Assembly (NCBI GenBank): GCA_051003195.1 | Contig: JBPCLP010000008.1 | Span: forward strand, 1 to 64,000 | Direction: 5' to 3' | Length of the DNA stretch: 64,000 bases | Origin: Candidatus Sumerlaeaceae bacterium | GTDB taxonomy: Bacteria > Sumerlaeota > Sumerlaeia > Sumerlaeales > Sumerlaeaceae | In this document: in pieces, positions 10,138-19,380 of the stretch | How positions within the stretch are numbered: the stretch's first letter is position 1 | Layout: the number at the start of each line of letters is the position of its first letter | Translations under genes and position numbers: made by a program | The notes under the pieces: model-generated | The model's input: the letters and a program-made list of their open reading frames with translations, nothing else | What the model was told of the DNA's origin: nothing | Databases searched by the model: none

Positions 10138-10176
10138 CCTATAGGTCGTATAGGACTTATAGGACTTATAGGACTT
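10138..10176. repeat. 9-bp tandem array (ATAGGACTT-like x4) downstream of the four-helix-bundle gene
   Basis: ataggtcgt ataggactt ataggactt ataggactt. Confidence 0.85.
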
Positions 10177-10232
10177 TTACAGGCCTGAAGGCGAATGAGG
10201 TGAAGCGCGGAGGTGGTGGGTGAACTGGATGA

Positions 10233-10811
10233 CTATCCATTGTCCGACTTTTTGTTGCGCTGTTGCAGGCGCGCCCGGGTCATGCGCTCGCGGACCCCGC
10301 CGTTGTCGAGGAAGTCTTTTTCGGCGGCGCGGATCTGCCGGTTGAGCAGGTAGTTGGCCTGGTGGATAAGGCAGATGGCGATGTTTGCGATAATTTCCGG
10401 TCGGCGGGCCTGGATGATTTCGCGGAAGGTTTCGTAATTGGCTTCGGGGTTGGCGCCGAGCTGGCGGACGTAGGCGGCTTCTTTGGAGTTTTTATCCCAG
10501 ATTGTGTGGCTGCGCACGCGGAGGTAGTCGTGGTAATCGGTGAGGAGTTCTTCCTGGCTGGCGCGTGCGACGTTGAGGAGTTTGATTTCTGTTTCCTTAG
10601 AGGTGCCGGATGCCTGGGAGGCTTCTACGATGTTCTGTTTGCCGGAGCGGGCGGCCTGGATCATCTTGTCGATGGTGCGATCGCCTCGGGTAAGGTGGTG
10701 GTGGCAGAAGTGGAAGGCGATGTCGTAGATGATTTCGGCTTTGCGGTAGGAGAGGAGGTTTTTGTAGCCGCCGTGCGGTGGGATGAATCCGCGGGAGGCA
10801 GGTGTGGTCAT
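10233..10811 (-). CDS. Four helix bundle protein with suffix domain (TIGR02436/TIGR04258-like)
   Basis: Motifs GGYKNLLSYRKA, MIQAARSGKQNIVE, NVARASQEELL.DY.DYLR and GGVRERMTRAR. Confidence 0.9.
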   Translation of the reverse strand: MTTPASRGFIPPHGGYKNLLSYRKAEIIYDIAFHFCHHHLTRGDRTIDKMIQAARSGKQNIVEASQASGTSKETEIKLLNVARASQEELLTDYHDYLRVRSHTIWDKNSKEAAYVRQLGANPEANYETFREIIQARRPEIIANIAICLIHQANYLLNRQIRAAEKDFLDNGGVRERMTRARLQQRNKKSDNG

Positions 10812-10879
10812 CGCTGGGAGTGCCGGATGGTGAGGCCAATGGCGCGGATGCGGCGAATGACGCGAATGACTGTGTACAT

Positions 10880-10920
10880 ATAAGACATATAGGTCCTATA
10901 GGACGTATAGGACCTATATG
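10880..10920. repeat. 9-bp tandem array (ATAGGACCT-like x4) upstream of the four-helix-bundle gene
   Basis: ataagacat ataggtcct ataggacgt ataggacct atatg. Confidence 0.85.
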
Positions 10921-11087
10921 AAACGCTGGTTGGTTGTGGAGTGCCGGAGGGGTTACCGCCAGTCGGTCTGAAGACCCTCCTCCGGGAGAGTATCGGCAAT
11001 AACCTCGACGAGAACCGCGCTTTGTATTTCCGCAAAGGCGGGTGAGGGCTGCTACTTTTACTTGAGGATGGGGGTCAACGACTTTGG

Positions 11088-11933
11088 ATGATCTCTAGGA
11101 TGACGAAAAAGAAACCCGCTGAGAAATCAAAGAACTCCACGATTGCGCCGGGGATTGACCTGGAGTGCCCGCCGCCTTACTGGAATGATGCCTTGTATGC
11201 AAAGGGTGTGTCCGCGCTCGAAGCTTCGCTGGGCAGCGAGAAAACGGACGCGTTTCTTGCAATGATTGGTGTTCATGCCACTTTCAGCATCTTGCGCAAA
11301 GCCCTGCCGGATGAAAACTTCGCTCCGCAGATTTTCACACTTAAAGTTACGTTGAGCCATTCCAAGCCCGCTATATGGCGTCGGTTGTGTGTGTGGAGTG
11401 AGGTGACGCTTGGCGAAATGCACGAGATTCTTCAAATCGCGTTTGGTTGGACCAATACGCACCTGCATCTGTTTCGAACCAAACGCGAAATGTTTGCTGC
11501 ACTTTATGATGATGATGTGGATGCAAACATTGAAGGAGCAGAGGACGAGGACACCATCAGCCTATATGAGGTGCTTGAAAAACACGGTGACAAATTGACG
11601 TATCTATACGACATGGGCGATGGCTGGGATCACCAGATAACGCTGGAAAAGGTGGAGAATATTCCTTTGGGGGACAGCAAGCCGCCGCTGCCAGAATGTG
11701 TTGCTGGAGCAAACGCGTGTCCGCCCGAAGACGTAGGTGGTATTTGCGGGTACTACGAAGGCCTCAAGATTCTATCAAAGCCATCCCATGAAAGCTTTGA
11801 CTCGTATCGCGACATGTTCCCTGAGAATTTTGACCCGCTCGGTTTCAACCGGGAGGAAACCAACGAGCTCTTGCGTGCATATTGGTCGAATCTGGAGGAA
11901 CGCGAGTTCGGCGTGGGTTTCGAGAACGATTAA
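11088..11933 (+). CDS. Plasmid pRiA4b ORF-3 family protein
   Basis: Motifs PAIWRRL, LQIAFGWTNTHLHLF, YLYDMGDGWDH and ACPPEDVGG. Confidence 0.9.
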   Translation: MISRMTKKKPAEKSKNSTIAPGIDLECPPPYWNDALYAKGVSALEASLGSEKTDAFLAMIGVHATFSILRKALPDENFAPQIFTLKVTLSHSKPAIWRRLCVWSEVTLGEMHEILQIAFGWTNTHLHLFRTKREMFAALYDDDVDANIEGAEDEDTISLYEVLEKHGDKLTYLYDMGDGWDHQITLEKVENIPLGDSKPPLPECVAGANACPPEDVGGICGYYEGLKILSKPSHESFDSYRDMFPENFDPLGFNREETNELLRAYWSNLEEREFGVGFEND

Positions 11934-12084
11934 TGGCGCGCAGTATATGCGGTTGTCTTACTCAGATAGGATGCAGATGTTATCGCTCTCCGCTGGGAGA
12001 AAATGGAATTCTCTTTGGCACCATGCGCTACCCAAATGAGATTTACCCGGCCACAATTCCTGCAATTCCTGTACGGAGGCTGAC

Positions 12085-12417
12085 ATGCTGGACAAATATC
12101 CGAAGGCGGTGAAGAAGGAGATCATCCGGCTGATCGGAGTGGTGTACGAGCGGGAGCTTAGGAAGGCACAGTTTGGGTTGCTGGGGGACTTTGCGCAGTG
12201 GGAAGCGGGTGAGCTGGATGCGTTTGAATTGAATGAGCGGATTCACGTTTACCACGACGAGACGGCGCGCGAACTTTGGAAGCGCATGGGGACCGTGCAG
12301 CCTCACGCGGATTTGTGCGTGGCGGCGGCGGTGCGCGATGGGGTGCTGAAGCGCGAGGAGGTTACGCAGCAGACACGGGATGCGCTGGAGTCGCTGATCA
12401 GGTCCGGTCTGCCCTAG
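12085..12417 (+). CDS. Conserved hypothetical protein
   Basis: GGAGG RBS; 110 aa; its TAG stop is part of the CTAG end of the 100-bp element. Confidence 0.75.
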   Translation: MLDKYPKAVKKEIIRLIGVVYERELRKAQFGLLGDFAQWEAGELDAFELNERIHVYHDETARELWKRMGTVQPHADLCVAAAVRDGVLKREEVTQQTRDALESLIRSGLP

Positions 12418-12513
12418 TGTGCCGAATCAGAAGTTCCTATCCAGTTTGAGCGCGGAAGATGAGCTCAATTCGGCACACAGAACCGAATACGAATTAACGG
12501 TAGACCACACTAG
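12414..12513 (+). mobile_element. ~100-bp CYAG-bounded MITE-like element, copy 2
   Basis: Terminal inverted repeat CTAGTGTG...CACACTAG; internal stem gtgtgccgaat/attcggcacac. Confidence 0.85.
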
Positions 12514-12775
12514 CTAATCCGCGATCGACTTAGACCAGGTGTGTGGCGTTGCCACCGACACGCAGCCTGGTGAGCGATATTCTCCAGCAAAACTGAGGGC
12601 ACACCTGAAGCACCGAGAATCTCACTCGCGTCCAGCACTTCAATACCAACCAACCGCTCACCATCTCGGAAGTTGAGAGCGGTTTCGTCGTTTAGTTGCA
12701 CTGTTCGGCACTGGTGCTCGCCATCGACGAGACGAATGTAGAGTGCATCAATCCTTTGTCGTAACAGAATTTCAT
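12510..12775 (-). pseudogene. DUF2283 family antitoxin-like gene, frameshifted
   Basis: MKFCYDKG, then a frameshift near 12750 into DALYIRL...LVGIEVLDAS (DUF2283 motifs YD..DALYI and GIEVLDAS). Confidence 0.7.
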
Positions 12776-12790
12776 CGCCGCACCTTACAT

Positions 12791-13034
12791 CTAGAACGTA
12801 TAAACTGTTATGATGAATATTACGTGTTTTTGTTCAACAAAGATTGGCATCACCTGCTTCAAAGCATATCTGCGGCCATTCCAATCCGCATCGAAAGTGA
12901 AAATGCAGCGGGCCGGCATACGGTTGCGCTTTGCTTGCTCCCACTTGCCCTCGCGAATTGCTGTTTCGATCTCTGCATGGTTGGTGCCGCGCGAAAAGTC
13001 GGTATACGAAGATCAAAGTATGGTTCGATACCAT
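12791..13034 (-). pseudogene. DUF4258-like toxin remnant, 5' end disrupted
   Basis: Reading frame RGTNHAEIETAIREGKWEQAKRNR...WNGRRYALKQVMPIFVE...IITVYTF* has an upstream in-frame TGA and no start; lies directly upstream of the DUF2283 gene. Confidence 0.6.
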
Positions 13035-13095
13035 CGAGTATTTCGGGAAGTTAGAATGAGGCGGTGACGGCTGGATCTGGTATCGTTTGCTTCAG

Positions 13096-13500
13096 CTAAT
13101 ATCGTCGGGTGCTGGTGGTGGGAGTGTGCTTGGGGGGATCTGAGATTGTGATCTGGATCTGAGTGGCGGGACGGGTGTCGGGGGGTTTTGCGGCTGAGTT
13201 GGGGCGTAGCCTGGTCGTGAGTGGAGTTGGCAGCGTAAAGAGCGCAATGATGGCAACGATCTGCAGGGCGGTGGTGGCTGCGAAGTTTAGCTGGAAGGAT
13301 CGTTTGTGGGTTTTGTGTCGGAAGTAGAGCATTGCGGTGATGGCGCCGACGGTGCCGCCGAGGAACCCGAGCATCAGCAGGGTGGACTCGGGTATGCGTC
13401 GCAGGCCGAGTCGCGCGGCTTTTTTGTCGAGGCCATACATGCTAAAGGTGAGCAGGGTGAGGAGTAGTGCCCAGGCGGCGACGATGGGGGTGGCTATCAA
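13096..13500 (-). CDS. DUF1294 family membrane protein
   Basis: Motif YGLDKKAA....RRIPESTL...GG..GA..AM..FRHKTHK. Confidence 0.9.
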   Translation of the reverse strand: MIATPIVAAWALLLTLLTFSMYGLDKKAARLGLRRIPESTLLMLGFLGGTVGAITAMLYFRHKTHKRSFQLNFAATTALQIVAIIALFTLPTPLTTRLRPNSAAKPPDTRPATQIQITISDPPKHTPTTSTRRY

Positions 13501-13591
13501 TTGGAGTGCGTTCGCAATTACTTGAATGACGAGTGCTACGGATTTGCGTGATTGGGTGGTAGGCTGTTCGGCACGGGTTTCGGGTCATGAA

Positions 13592-13885
13592 CTATGCTGC
13601 GATAGATTTGGACCAGGGTTCGACGGCAGAAGCTATCTGGCTAAGGGAATCCGGGAAGGCGCCATTGCCATAACGTTTCCACCAGCTTTCGATCGTGACT
13701 CCTACTGGCTCGTCGCTATCTTCCCGCAGGATGAGTAGGGTGCCGTCGGGTTGTTCATCGCCGTAACAGGGTATGTCGCGTGCTGCGACCAGCCGAACAT
13801 AAAGAATGTCGTTTCCAATATCGTAATGGAACCAAAGCTGATTGGATGGCCCCAGTGTTCCTTCTACGGCATCGGCAATGGCCAC
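13592..13885 (-). CDS. DUF2283-like putative antitoxin
   Basis: Motifs HYDIGNDILYVRL and PVGVTI; GGAGG RBS; overlaps the upstream gene. Confidence 0.7.
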   Translation of the reverse strand: MAIADAVEGTLGPSNQLWFHYDIGNDILYVRLVAARDIPCYGDEQPDGTLLILREDSDEPVGVTIESWWKRYGNGAFPDSLSQIASAVEPWSKSIAA

Positions 13886-14181
13886 TCGCTTGTACCTCCT
13901 TTCATCTGCTTTACCTTATATGCGCTTTTTACAATTCCGCGGACAACATCTGCAACTACTCGTATGCGAATGGAAGAGTTTTCCAAGGGCCGTGAGTAAT
14001 AGAGGCGGCAGTGGGCATCGCTGAGGCTGACGAGAATTACTTCAGGGGATTCAATTGCTGTGATGGTCTGGGCTCGCAACCGCCGCATCTCTGGATGACC
14101 GGGCACGATGTGTCCGTACCAAGTGTGTTCGTAAAGAGTGATTTTGCGCCCTAGCGGATCAACTATGATTTGGTCCGCCAC
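13864..14181 (-). CDS. Putative BECR/RelE-like ribonuclease toxin (PBECR2-like)
   Basis: Pattern DPLGRKITL....W..HI...HPEM...IESPE.I....RLYY...VKSAY; paired with a DUF2283-like gene. Confidence 0.65.
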   Translation of the reverse strand: MADQIIVDPLGRKITLYEHTWYGHIVPGHPEMRRLRAQTITAIESPEVILVSLSDAHCRLYYSRPLENSSIRIRVVADVVRGIVKSAYKVKQMKGGTSEWPLPMP

Positions 14182-14190
14182 TTTATAGGC

Positions 14191-15333
14191 TTAGTCCCAG
14201 CTGAGATTGGATGCGGATTGATACTCCGTAACTCGGGTTTCGAAGAAGTTTTTCTCTTTGCCGAGGTCCATGGTTTCGGACATCCACGGGAAGGGGTTCT
14301 TGGCGTTGGGGTTTTGCTGGGGGAGGCCGATGCGCTCGAGTCTGCGGTCGGCGATGTGGCGGACGTATTCGGTGAAGAGGTCGCCGTTGAGGCCGAGGAT
14401 GCCGTTGGGCAGCACGTCCCATGCGTAGGCGATTTCGAGGTCGACGGCTTCGCGCACTTTGGCGGTGATGCGGTCCTGGAATTCCTGCGTCCACAGGTGT
14501 GGGTTTTCTTCTTTGATGCCGTTGATGAGGTCGATGCCGAAGTTGAGGTGGATGGTCTCGTCGCGCAGGATATACTGGAACTGTTCGCCGATGCCGGTCA
14601 TGCGGTTCTGGCGGTGGAAGGATAGTATCATGACGAAGCCGGTGTAGAAGAAAATGCCTTCCATGATGATGTAGTAACCGATGAGGTTTTCAAGGAAGGT
14701 TTGCGCGCCTTCGAAGGTCTCGGTGGTGAAGTTTGGTTCAAGAATGGCGGCGGTGAGCTGCATCTCGAATGCGTCTTTGCGGGCAATGGCGGGGATTTCG
14801 CGGTACATGTTAAAGACTTCGCGCTGGTTGAGCCCGAGCGATTCCACGACATAAAGGAACGTGTGGGTGTGGATGGCTTCTTCGAATGCCTGGCGCAGAA
14901 GGTACTGGCGGCACTCGGGGTTGGTGACGTGCTTGAAGATGGCGAGGACGAGGTTGTTGCCGACGAGGGATTCGGCGGTGGCGAAGAAGCCAAGGTTGCG
15001 CATGATGACGAGGCGTTCGTCGGGCGTGAGTGCGCCGGCTTTCCATGTTTCGATGTCTTTACCCATGGGTACTTCGGAGGGCATCCAGTGGTTGGCGCAA
15101 CCGTTGATGTAGTGTTCCCATGCCCAGTTATATTTAAGGGGCATGAGCTGGTTGACGTCGACCTGGTTGCAGTTGATGAGGCGCTTGGCGTCGACGGTCG
15201 GCGCCTGGCCGAGTGTTTCGAGGATGGCGGCCGCGTCGTCGGCGGTGGCAGTTGGATTCGTAATGGGAGTGTCGCTTTCGAGTGAGTGGGTGGTGCCGTT
15301 GAGGTGGGGAACGGGGGTTATGTGGGCGGTCAT
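14191..15333 (-). CDS. nrdB: Ribonucleotide reductase beta subunit, class Ic (R2c)-type signature
   Basis: Motifs [38 protein letters not shown] and [17 protein letters not shown]. Confidence 0.95.
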   Translation of the reverse strand: MTAHITPVPHLNGTTHSLESDTPITNPTATADDAAAILETLGQAPTVDAKRLINCNQVDVNQLMPLKYNWAWEHYINGCANHWMPSEVPMGKDIETWKAGALTPDERLVIMRNLGFFATAESLVGNNLVLAIFKHVTNPECRQYLLRQAFEEAIHTHTFLYVVESLGLNQREVFNMYREIPAIARKDAFEMQLTAAILEPNFTTETFEGAQTFLENLIGYYIIMEGIFFYTGFVMILSFHRQNRMTGIGEQFQYILRDETIHLNFGIDLINGIKEENPHLWTQEFQDRITAKVREAVDLEIAYAWDVLPNGILGLNGDLFTEYVRHIADRRLERIGLPQQNPNAKNPFPWMSETMDLGKEKNFFETRVTEYQSASNLSWD

Positions 15334-15408
15334 GGTTGCTCCGGTATGTGGCTCAAGTGGTTGACGTGAAGAGGATGGTGAACATGATGGTGACGATGAG
15401 CAGGCTGG

Positions 15409-15560
15409 AACCACACAGGCACAGAGGCACAGAGAGATGGGATGCGGCGGGCGCGGCCGCAGAACGGCTGCTGGCTCGGGAGGGGAGAGCTGCGCCGATA
15501 GTGGGGGGATAATTTTGCAACGGGGTTTTCATTTCTCTGTGACTCTGTGCGTGTGTGGTT
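15409..15560. repeat. 31-bp imperfect inverted repeat built from CACAGAG units, ~90-bp spacer
   Basis: AACCACACAGGCACAGAGGCACAGAGAGATG (15409-15439) versus CATTTCTCTGTGACTCTGTGCGTGTGTGGTT (15530-15560). Confidence 0.85.
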
Positions 15561-15580
15561 CTCTTTCAGTAGTGGTTAGT

Positions 15581-15639
15581 TTCGAATGCGGATTGCGGAG
15601 TACCTTCGAATGCGGATTTCGGATTTCGGATTGCGGAAT
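15581..15639 (+). repeat. GAATGCGGATT 7-mer module, copy 2
   Basis: TTCGAATGCGGATTGCGGAGTACCTTCGAATGCGGATTTCGGATTTCGGATTGCGGAAT. Confidence 0.85.
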
Positions 15640-15701
15640 ACAAAAAGCGAGTGGCCGGACGTGTTCCGCAGGGTTTGACGCAGGAAGTGGTGTGTGGGTT
15701 G

Positions 15702-18665
15702 TCACTGGCAGGCTTCGCATTCGGGATTATCGAGGCTGCAGGCTTTGGGAGCGGGAAGTCCGCCGACGAGCAGCGCGTCGTCGAGCTTGGTGAGTTGCGG
15801 CGGTTCCGTCATGAATGCGGGTGCGGGTTGGGAGGGAATTCCGCCGGTGGGGGTGCGGTTGATCTGGACGCCGGCGCTGGCGGATTTGTGTTTCATCCAC
15901 TTGGGCTGGATGCCGAACTTGTTGATATCGACGGTGGATTTTTCGACCTGGGTGGCGGCGAGGGTGCGCAGGTAGTAGGTAGTTTTGAGGCCCTTGTGCC
16001 ACGCGAGGAAGTACATCTCGTGCATCTTTTTGCCGCTGGGCTGCTGGAGGTAGAGGTTGAGCGACTGGCCCATGTCGAGCCACTTCTGCCGTCGGCTGGC
16101 GCACTCGATGATCCAGTGCGGCTCGACTTCGAAGGCGGTTCGGTAGCGCTCCTTGATGTGGGGCGGTATGCGGTCGATGTCGGCGAGATTGCCGTCGTTG
16201 TATTTGAGTTCTTCGAGCATGTCGGCATCCCAGAGGCCGAGGGCGCGGAGGTCTTCGACGAGCTGCGTGTTTACCTGGGTAAAGTCACCAGAGAGGTTCG
16301 ATTTCACGTAGAGGTTTTTGTAGGTGGGCTCAATGGACTGGCTGACTCCGACGATGTTGGAAATGGTGGCGGTGGGGGCGATGGCCATGACGTTGGAGTT
16401 TCGCATGCCGTGGACGCGTACGGCGTGGCGGATGGGCGCCCAGTCGAAGCGGGCGGAGCGATCCATGGCGACGGGCATGCCGCGCTCCTGCTCGAGGATT
16501 TCGATGGTGTCGATGGGGAGCAGGCCACGGTGCCATTTGCTGCCTTCGAACGTGGGGTAGGCGCCGCGTTCCCTGGCGAGCTGGGTGCTGGCCTGGATGG
16601 CGTGGTAGCTGATGGCTTCCATGGTATAATCGGCGAAGTCGACGGCCTGCTGGCTGGCGTAGCTATAGCCCATGAGATAGAGTGCATCCTGGAAACCCAT
16701 GATGCCGAGTCCGATGGGGCGGTGGCGCAGGTTCGCATTGCGGGCTTCGACGGTCGGGTAGAAGTTCAGGTCGATGACATTGTCGAGCATGCGGACGGCA
16801 GTGCGGACGGTGTGCTCGAGTTTCTGGACATCGAAGGTGCCCATGTGGTCGCCGGTGGCCTGGCCGAAGAGGTCTTTGGCGCGTTCGACTTTAACGTGCG
16901 CGGCCAGGTTGATGGAGCCGAGATTGCAGACGGCGGTTTCGTCGCCGGAATTGTTGAGGAGAATCTCGGTGCAGAGGTTGGAATTGTGGACGACACCGGC
17001 GTGGTCCTGCGGGCTGCGGACGTTGGATGGATCCTTGAAGGTGATCCACGGGTGGCCGGTCTCGAAAAGCATGGAGAGCATTTTGCGCCACTGCTCGAGG
17101 GCGGAAACGCGCTTGAAGAGCTTGAGCTTTCCTTCGTCGGCGAGGGCCTCGTAGCCGGTGTAGGCTTCTTCGAATGCGCGGCCATATTTATCGTGGAGGT
17201 CAGGGACATCGTTGGGTGAGAAGAGGGTCCACTGGCCGTTTTCCGCGACGCGTTTCATGAACAGGTCAGGGATCCAGTTGGCCGTATTCATGTCGTGGGT
17301 GCGGCGGCGTTCGTCGCCCGTGTTCTTGCGCAGTTCGAGGAATTCCTCGACGTCGAGGTGCCAGGTTTCGAGATAGGCGCAGATAGCGCCCTTGCGCTTG
17401 CCGCCCTGGTTGACGGCTACCGCGCCGTCGTTGGCAATCTTGAGGAAGGGAACGATGCCCTGGGACTTGCCGCCGGTGCCTTTGATCCTGGCACCGAGGG
17501 CGCGGACATTCGTCCAGTCGTTGCCGAGACCGCCAGCCCATTTGGAGAGCAGGGCGTTGTCGCGGTAGGCTTTGAAGATCTGGTCGAGGTCGTCCTGGAC
17601 GGATGAGAGGTAGCAGGATGAGAGCTGCGGATGGAGCGTGCCGCTGTTGAACAACGTGGGTGTCGCGCTGGTGTAGGCGAAGGAGCTGAGCAGGTTGTAG
17701 AACTCGATGGCGCGGTCGGTCGGCTCGGCTTCATTGAGGGAGAGACCCATGGCGACGCGCATCCAGAAGCACTGAGGGAGTTCGATGCGGCGGCCGTCGA
17801 GGTTGATGAAGTAGCGGTCGTAGAGAGTCTGCAGGCCGAGGAAGGCGAACTGCAGGTCGCGGTCAGGGCGCAGGGCAGCCGCGAGGCGGTGAAGATCGAA
17901 AATCTTGCGCATGCGTGTGTCGATGAGCTCGCTTTCGACGGCGAGATCGATGTAGTGCGCGAAGTAATTTTTGTAGAGGTCGGGCGCCTCGGCGAGGGTG
18001 GTGGGCTGGCCAACAGCTTCCTGGTAGAGGAGGTGGAGCAGAAGGCGGGCGGCAACGTAGGCGTAGCCGGGTTCGACTTCGATGCGGGTGCGGGCGGCCA
18101 TGATAGCGGCCTGCGCGACTTCGGACTCGGGCATGCCGTTGTACAGGCTGGAGACGGTTTGCTCGATGACGGGTTCGGCGGTTACGGTGTCGCCGAGGTC
18201 GGCACAGGCCTCCTCGATCCGCGCGCGCAATACCGCCTTGTCCATTTCGGCCAGGGTCCCGTCGGCTCGTTTCACCTGGAGGGATTGACTGCGGCGACGC
18301 TCCGCGCGCATCTCGCGGTAGAGAACATAGCGGCGGGCGATCTTGTGCTCGCCGCTGGTCATGAGGGCTTTTTCGACTTCGTCCTGAATCTGCTCGACGG
18401 CGGGGGCGGCACCGTCGGCGGCGCGCTCGTTGGCCCAGCGGATGACGGCCTGCGCGAGCGCTGCGATTTTGCCGTGGGAGACGGAAGGGAGCTCCGAAGC
18501 GGCGGGAACACCGTATTCGGCAAGCCATGCCTTCTCGATGGCGAGGCGTATGCGATCGCCGTCGAATGCGACGAAGTCGCCGTTGCGTTTGCGAACGCGC
18601 AGAGTGGGCGGCGCCTCGGGCGAGGGTGTTGCGGTCGTCATTTCAGAATCGCGTGTGGCGGACAT
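15702..18665 (-). CDS. nrdA: Ribonucleotide reductase alpha subunit with two ATP-cones
   Basis: Cone starts VRKRNG and VKRADG; motifs ATPTLFN, QLSSC, SNLCTEI, VCNLGS, IAPTAT and KTTYYLR; C-terminal CEAC. Confidence 0.97.
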   Translation of the reverse strand: MSATRDSEMTTATPSPEAPPTLRVRKRNGDFVAFDGDRIRLAIEKAWLAEYGVPAASELPSVSHGKIAALAQAVIRWANERAADGAAPAVEQIQDEVEKALMTSGEHKIARRYVLYREMRAERRRSQSLQVKRADGTLAEMDKAVLRARIEEACADLGDTVTAEPVIEQTVSSLYNGMPESEVAQAAIMAARTRIEVEPGYAYVAARLLLHLLYQEAVGQPTTLAEAPDLYKNYFAHYIDLAVESELIDTRMRKIFDLHRLAAALRPDRDLQFAFLGLQTLYDRYFINLDGRRIELPQCFWMRVAMGLSLNEAEPTDRAIEFYNLLSSFAYTSATPTLFNSGTLHPQLSSCYLSSVQDDLDQIFKAYRDNALLSKWAGGLGNDWTNVRALGARIKGTGGKSQGIVPFLKIANDGAVAVNQGGKRKGAICAYLETWHLDVEEFLELRKNTGDERRRTHDMNTANWIPDLFMKRVAENGQWTLFSPNDVPDLHDKYGRAFEEAYTGYEALADEGKLKLFKRVSALEQWRKMLSMLFETGHPWITFKDPSNVRSPQDHAGVVHNSNLCTEILLNNSGDETAVCNLGSINLAAHVKVERAKDLFGQATGDHMGTFDVQKLEHTVRTAVRMLDNVIDLNFYPTVEARNANLRHRPIGLGIMGFQDALYLMGYSYASQQAVDFADYTMEAISYHAIQASTQLARERGAYPTFEGSKWHRGLLPIDTIEILEQERGMPVAMDRSARFDWAPIRHAVRVHGMRNSNVMAIAPTATISNIVGVSQSIEPTYKNLYVKSNLSGDFTQVNTQLVEDLRALGLWDADMLEELKYNDGNLADIDRIPPHIKERYRTAFEVEPHWIIECASRRQKWLDMGQSLNLYLQQPSGKKMHEMYFLAWHKGLKTTYYLRTLAATQVEKSTVDINKFGIQPKWMKHKSASAGVQINRTPTGGIPSQPAPAFMTEPPQLTKLDDALLVGGLPAPKACSLDNPECEACQ

Positions 18666-19051
18666 GATGGCTCAAACGTCTCCTTCAAAATAGTCGCGGT
18701 GCTGCGCATCGGGTAGTGGCCTTGGGGCAAAAGGACGCGTACGGGGCAGCGGCTGTTGGACGCAGCCATCCGCACGCGGCATTTCTCCATTGCCGAAGTC
18801 TTGTGTTTCTGTCGTTACTGCCGGTGTACTGCGTGGTGCCCGGTTAGCCTGCGGTCGGGCGCACCAGGCGGGCTGTTCGTCCGCCGTGCGGTCGCGCTGG
18901 ACTCTATTGATCCGTCGACTGGTTGGCCCTGTCTCCCCTGGGCACCGGCCTGGCGGGTGAGCCCGCTTTCCTCCGCAGTGTTCGCACTTTCTATCTACTA
19001 CACTGTGAAAAAGAGGTAGTAGCGTATGTTGTGTCGATTGCAAGCAAAAAT

Positions 19052-19067
19052 ATACAAGATATTGTAG
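19052..19067 (-). promoter_or_regulatory. NrdR box (weaker second box near 19019-19034)
   Basis: Minus strand ctaCAAtATcTTGtat fits the consensus acaCwAtATaTwGtgt; lies upstream of nrdA. Confidence 0.75.
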
Positions 19068-19380
19068 GTTTAGCTGCATCTTGTACTTTGAGCGTGAATC
19101 GGTCCGGACTGCGAAACAGGTGTGATCGAGGCCTGTTGGCAGTGTGGGCGAGGACAGTGGAACGTTATTTCGGGTGGGTCAAGATTTAGGGTAATGGTCA
19201 ATTCACAGGCTAGGGCGCTGGGGGGTGGCGAGTTGTACGAAATGTGGACGGTCTGTGGGAAAAAAGTTTGGGGTAGAAGAGGGTGCGAAGCCATCGGTCG
19301 GTGGCCTCATCTGATTCGTGAGCCGCCGCACTCTGGTGCGAAAAGCAGAAAGCGCGAGGCGCTGCATCTTGAAAAAAACG

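Noticed and set aside
10233..10811. Diversity-generating retroelement (Avd-like gene)
   Set aside because: No reverse transcriptase and no TR/VR pair with adenine-specific mismatches in the window.
15702..18665. Intein or intron in nrdA explaining its length
   Set aside because: The extra length is accounted for by two ATP-cones and a long C-terminal linker; no intein motifs seen.
15651..18716. Long plus-strand ORFs (522 aa, 361 aa) and similar ORFs opposite ffh, the kinases and the four-helix gene
   Set aside because: Antisense shadows of GC-rich genes with strong codon bias; no recognisable motifs.
18666..19050. Cobalamin riboswitch upstream of nrdA
   Set aside because: I could not find the B12-box or GGGAA / GCCACTG-type conserved segments; kept only as an unassigned leader.
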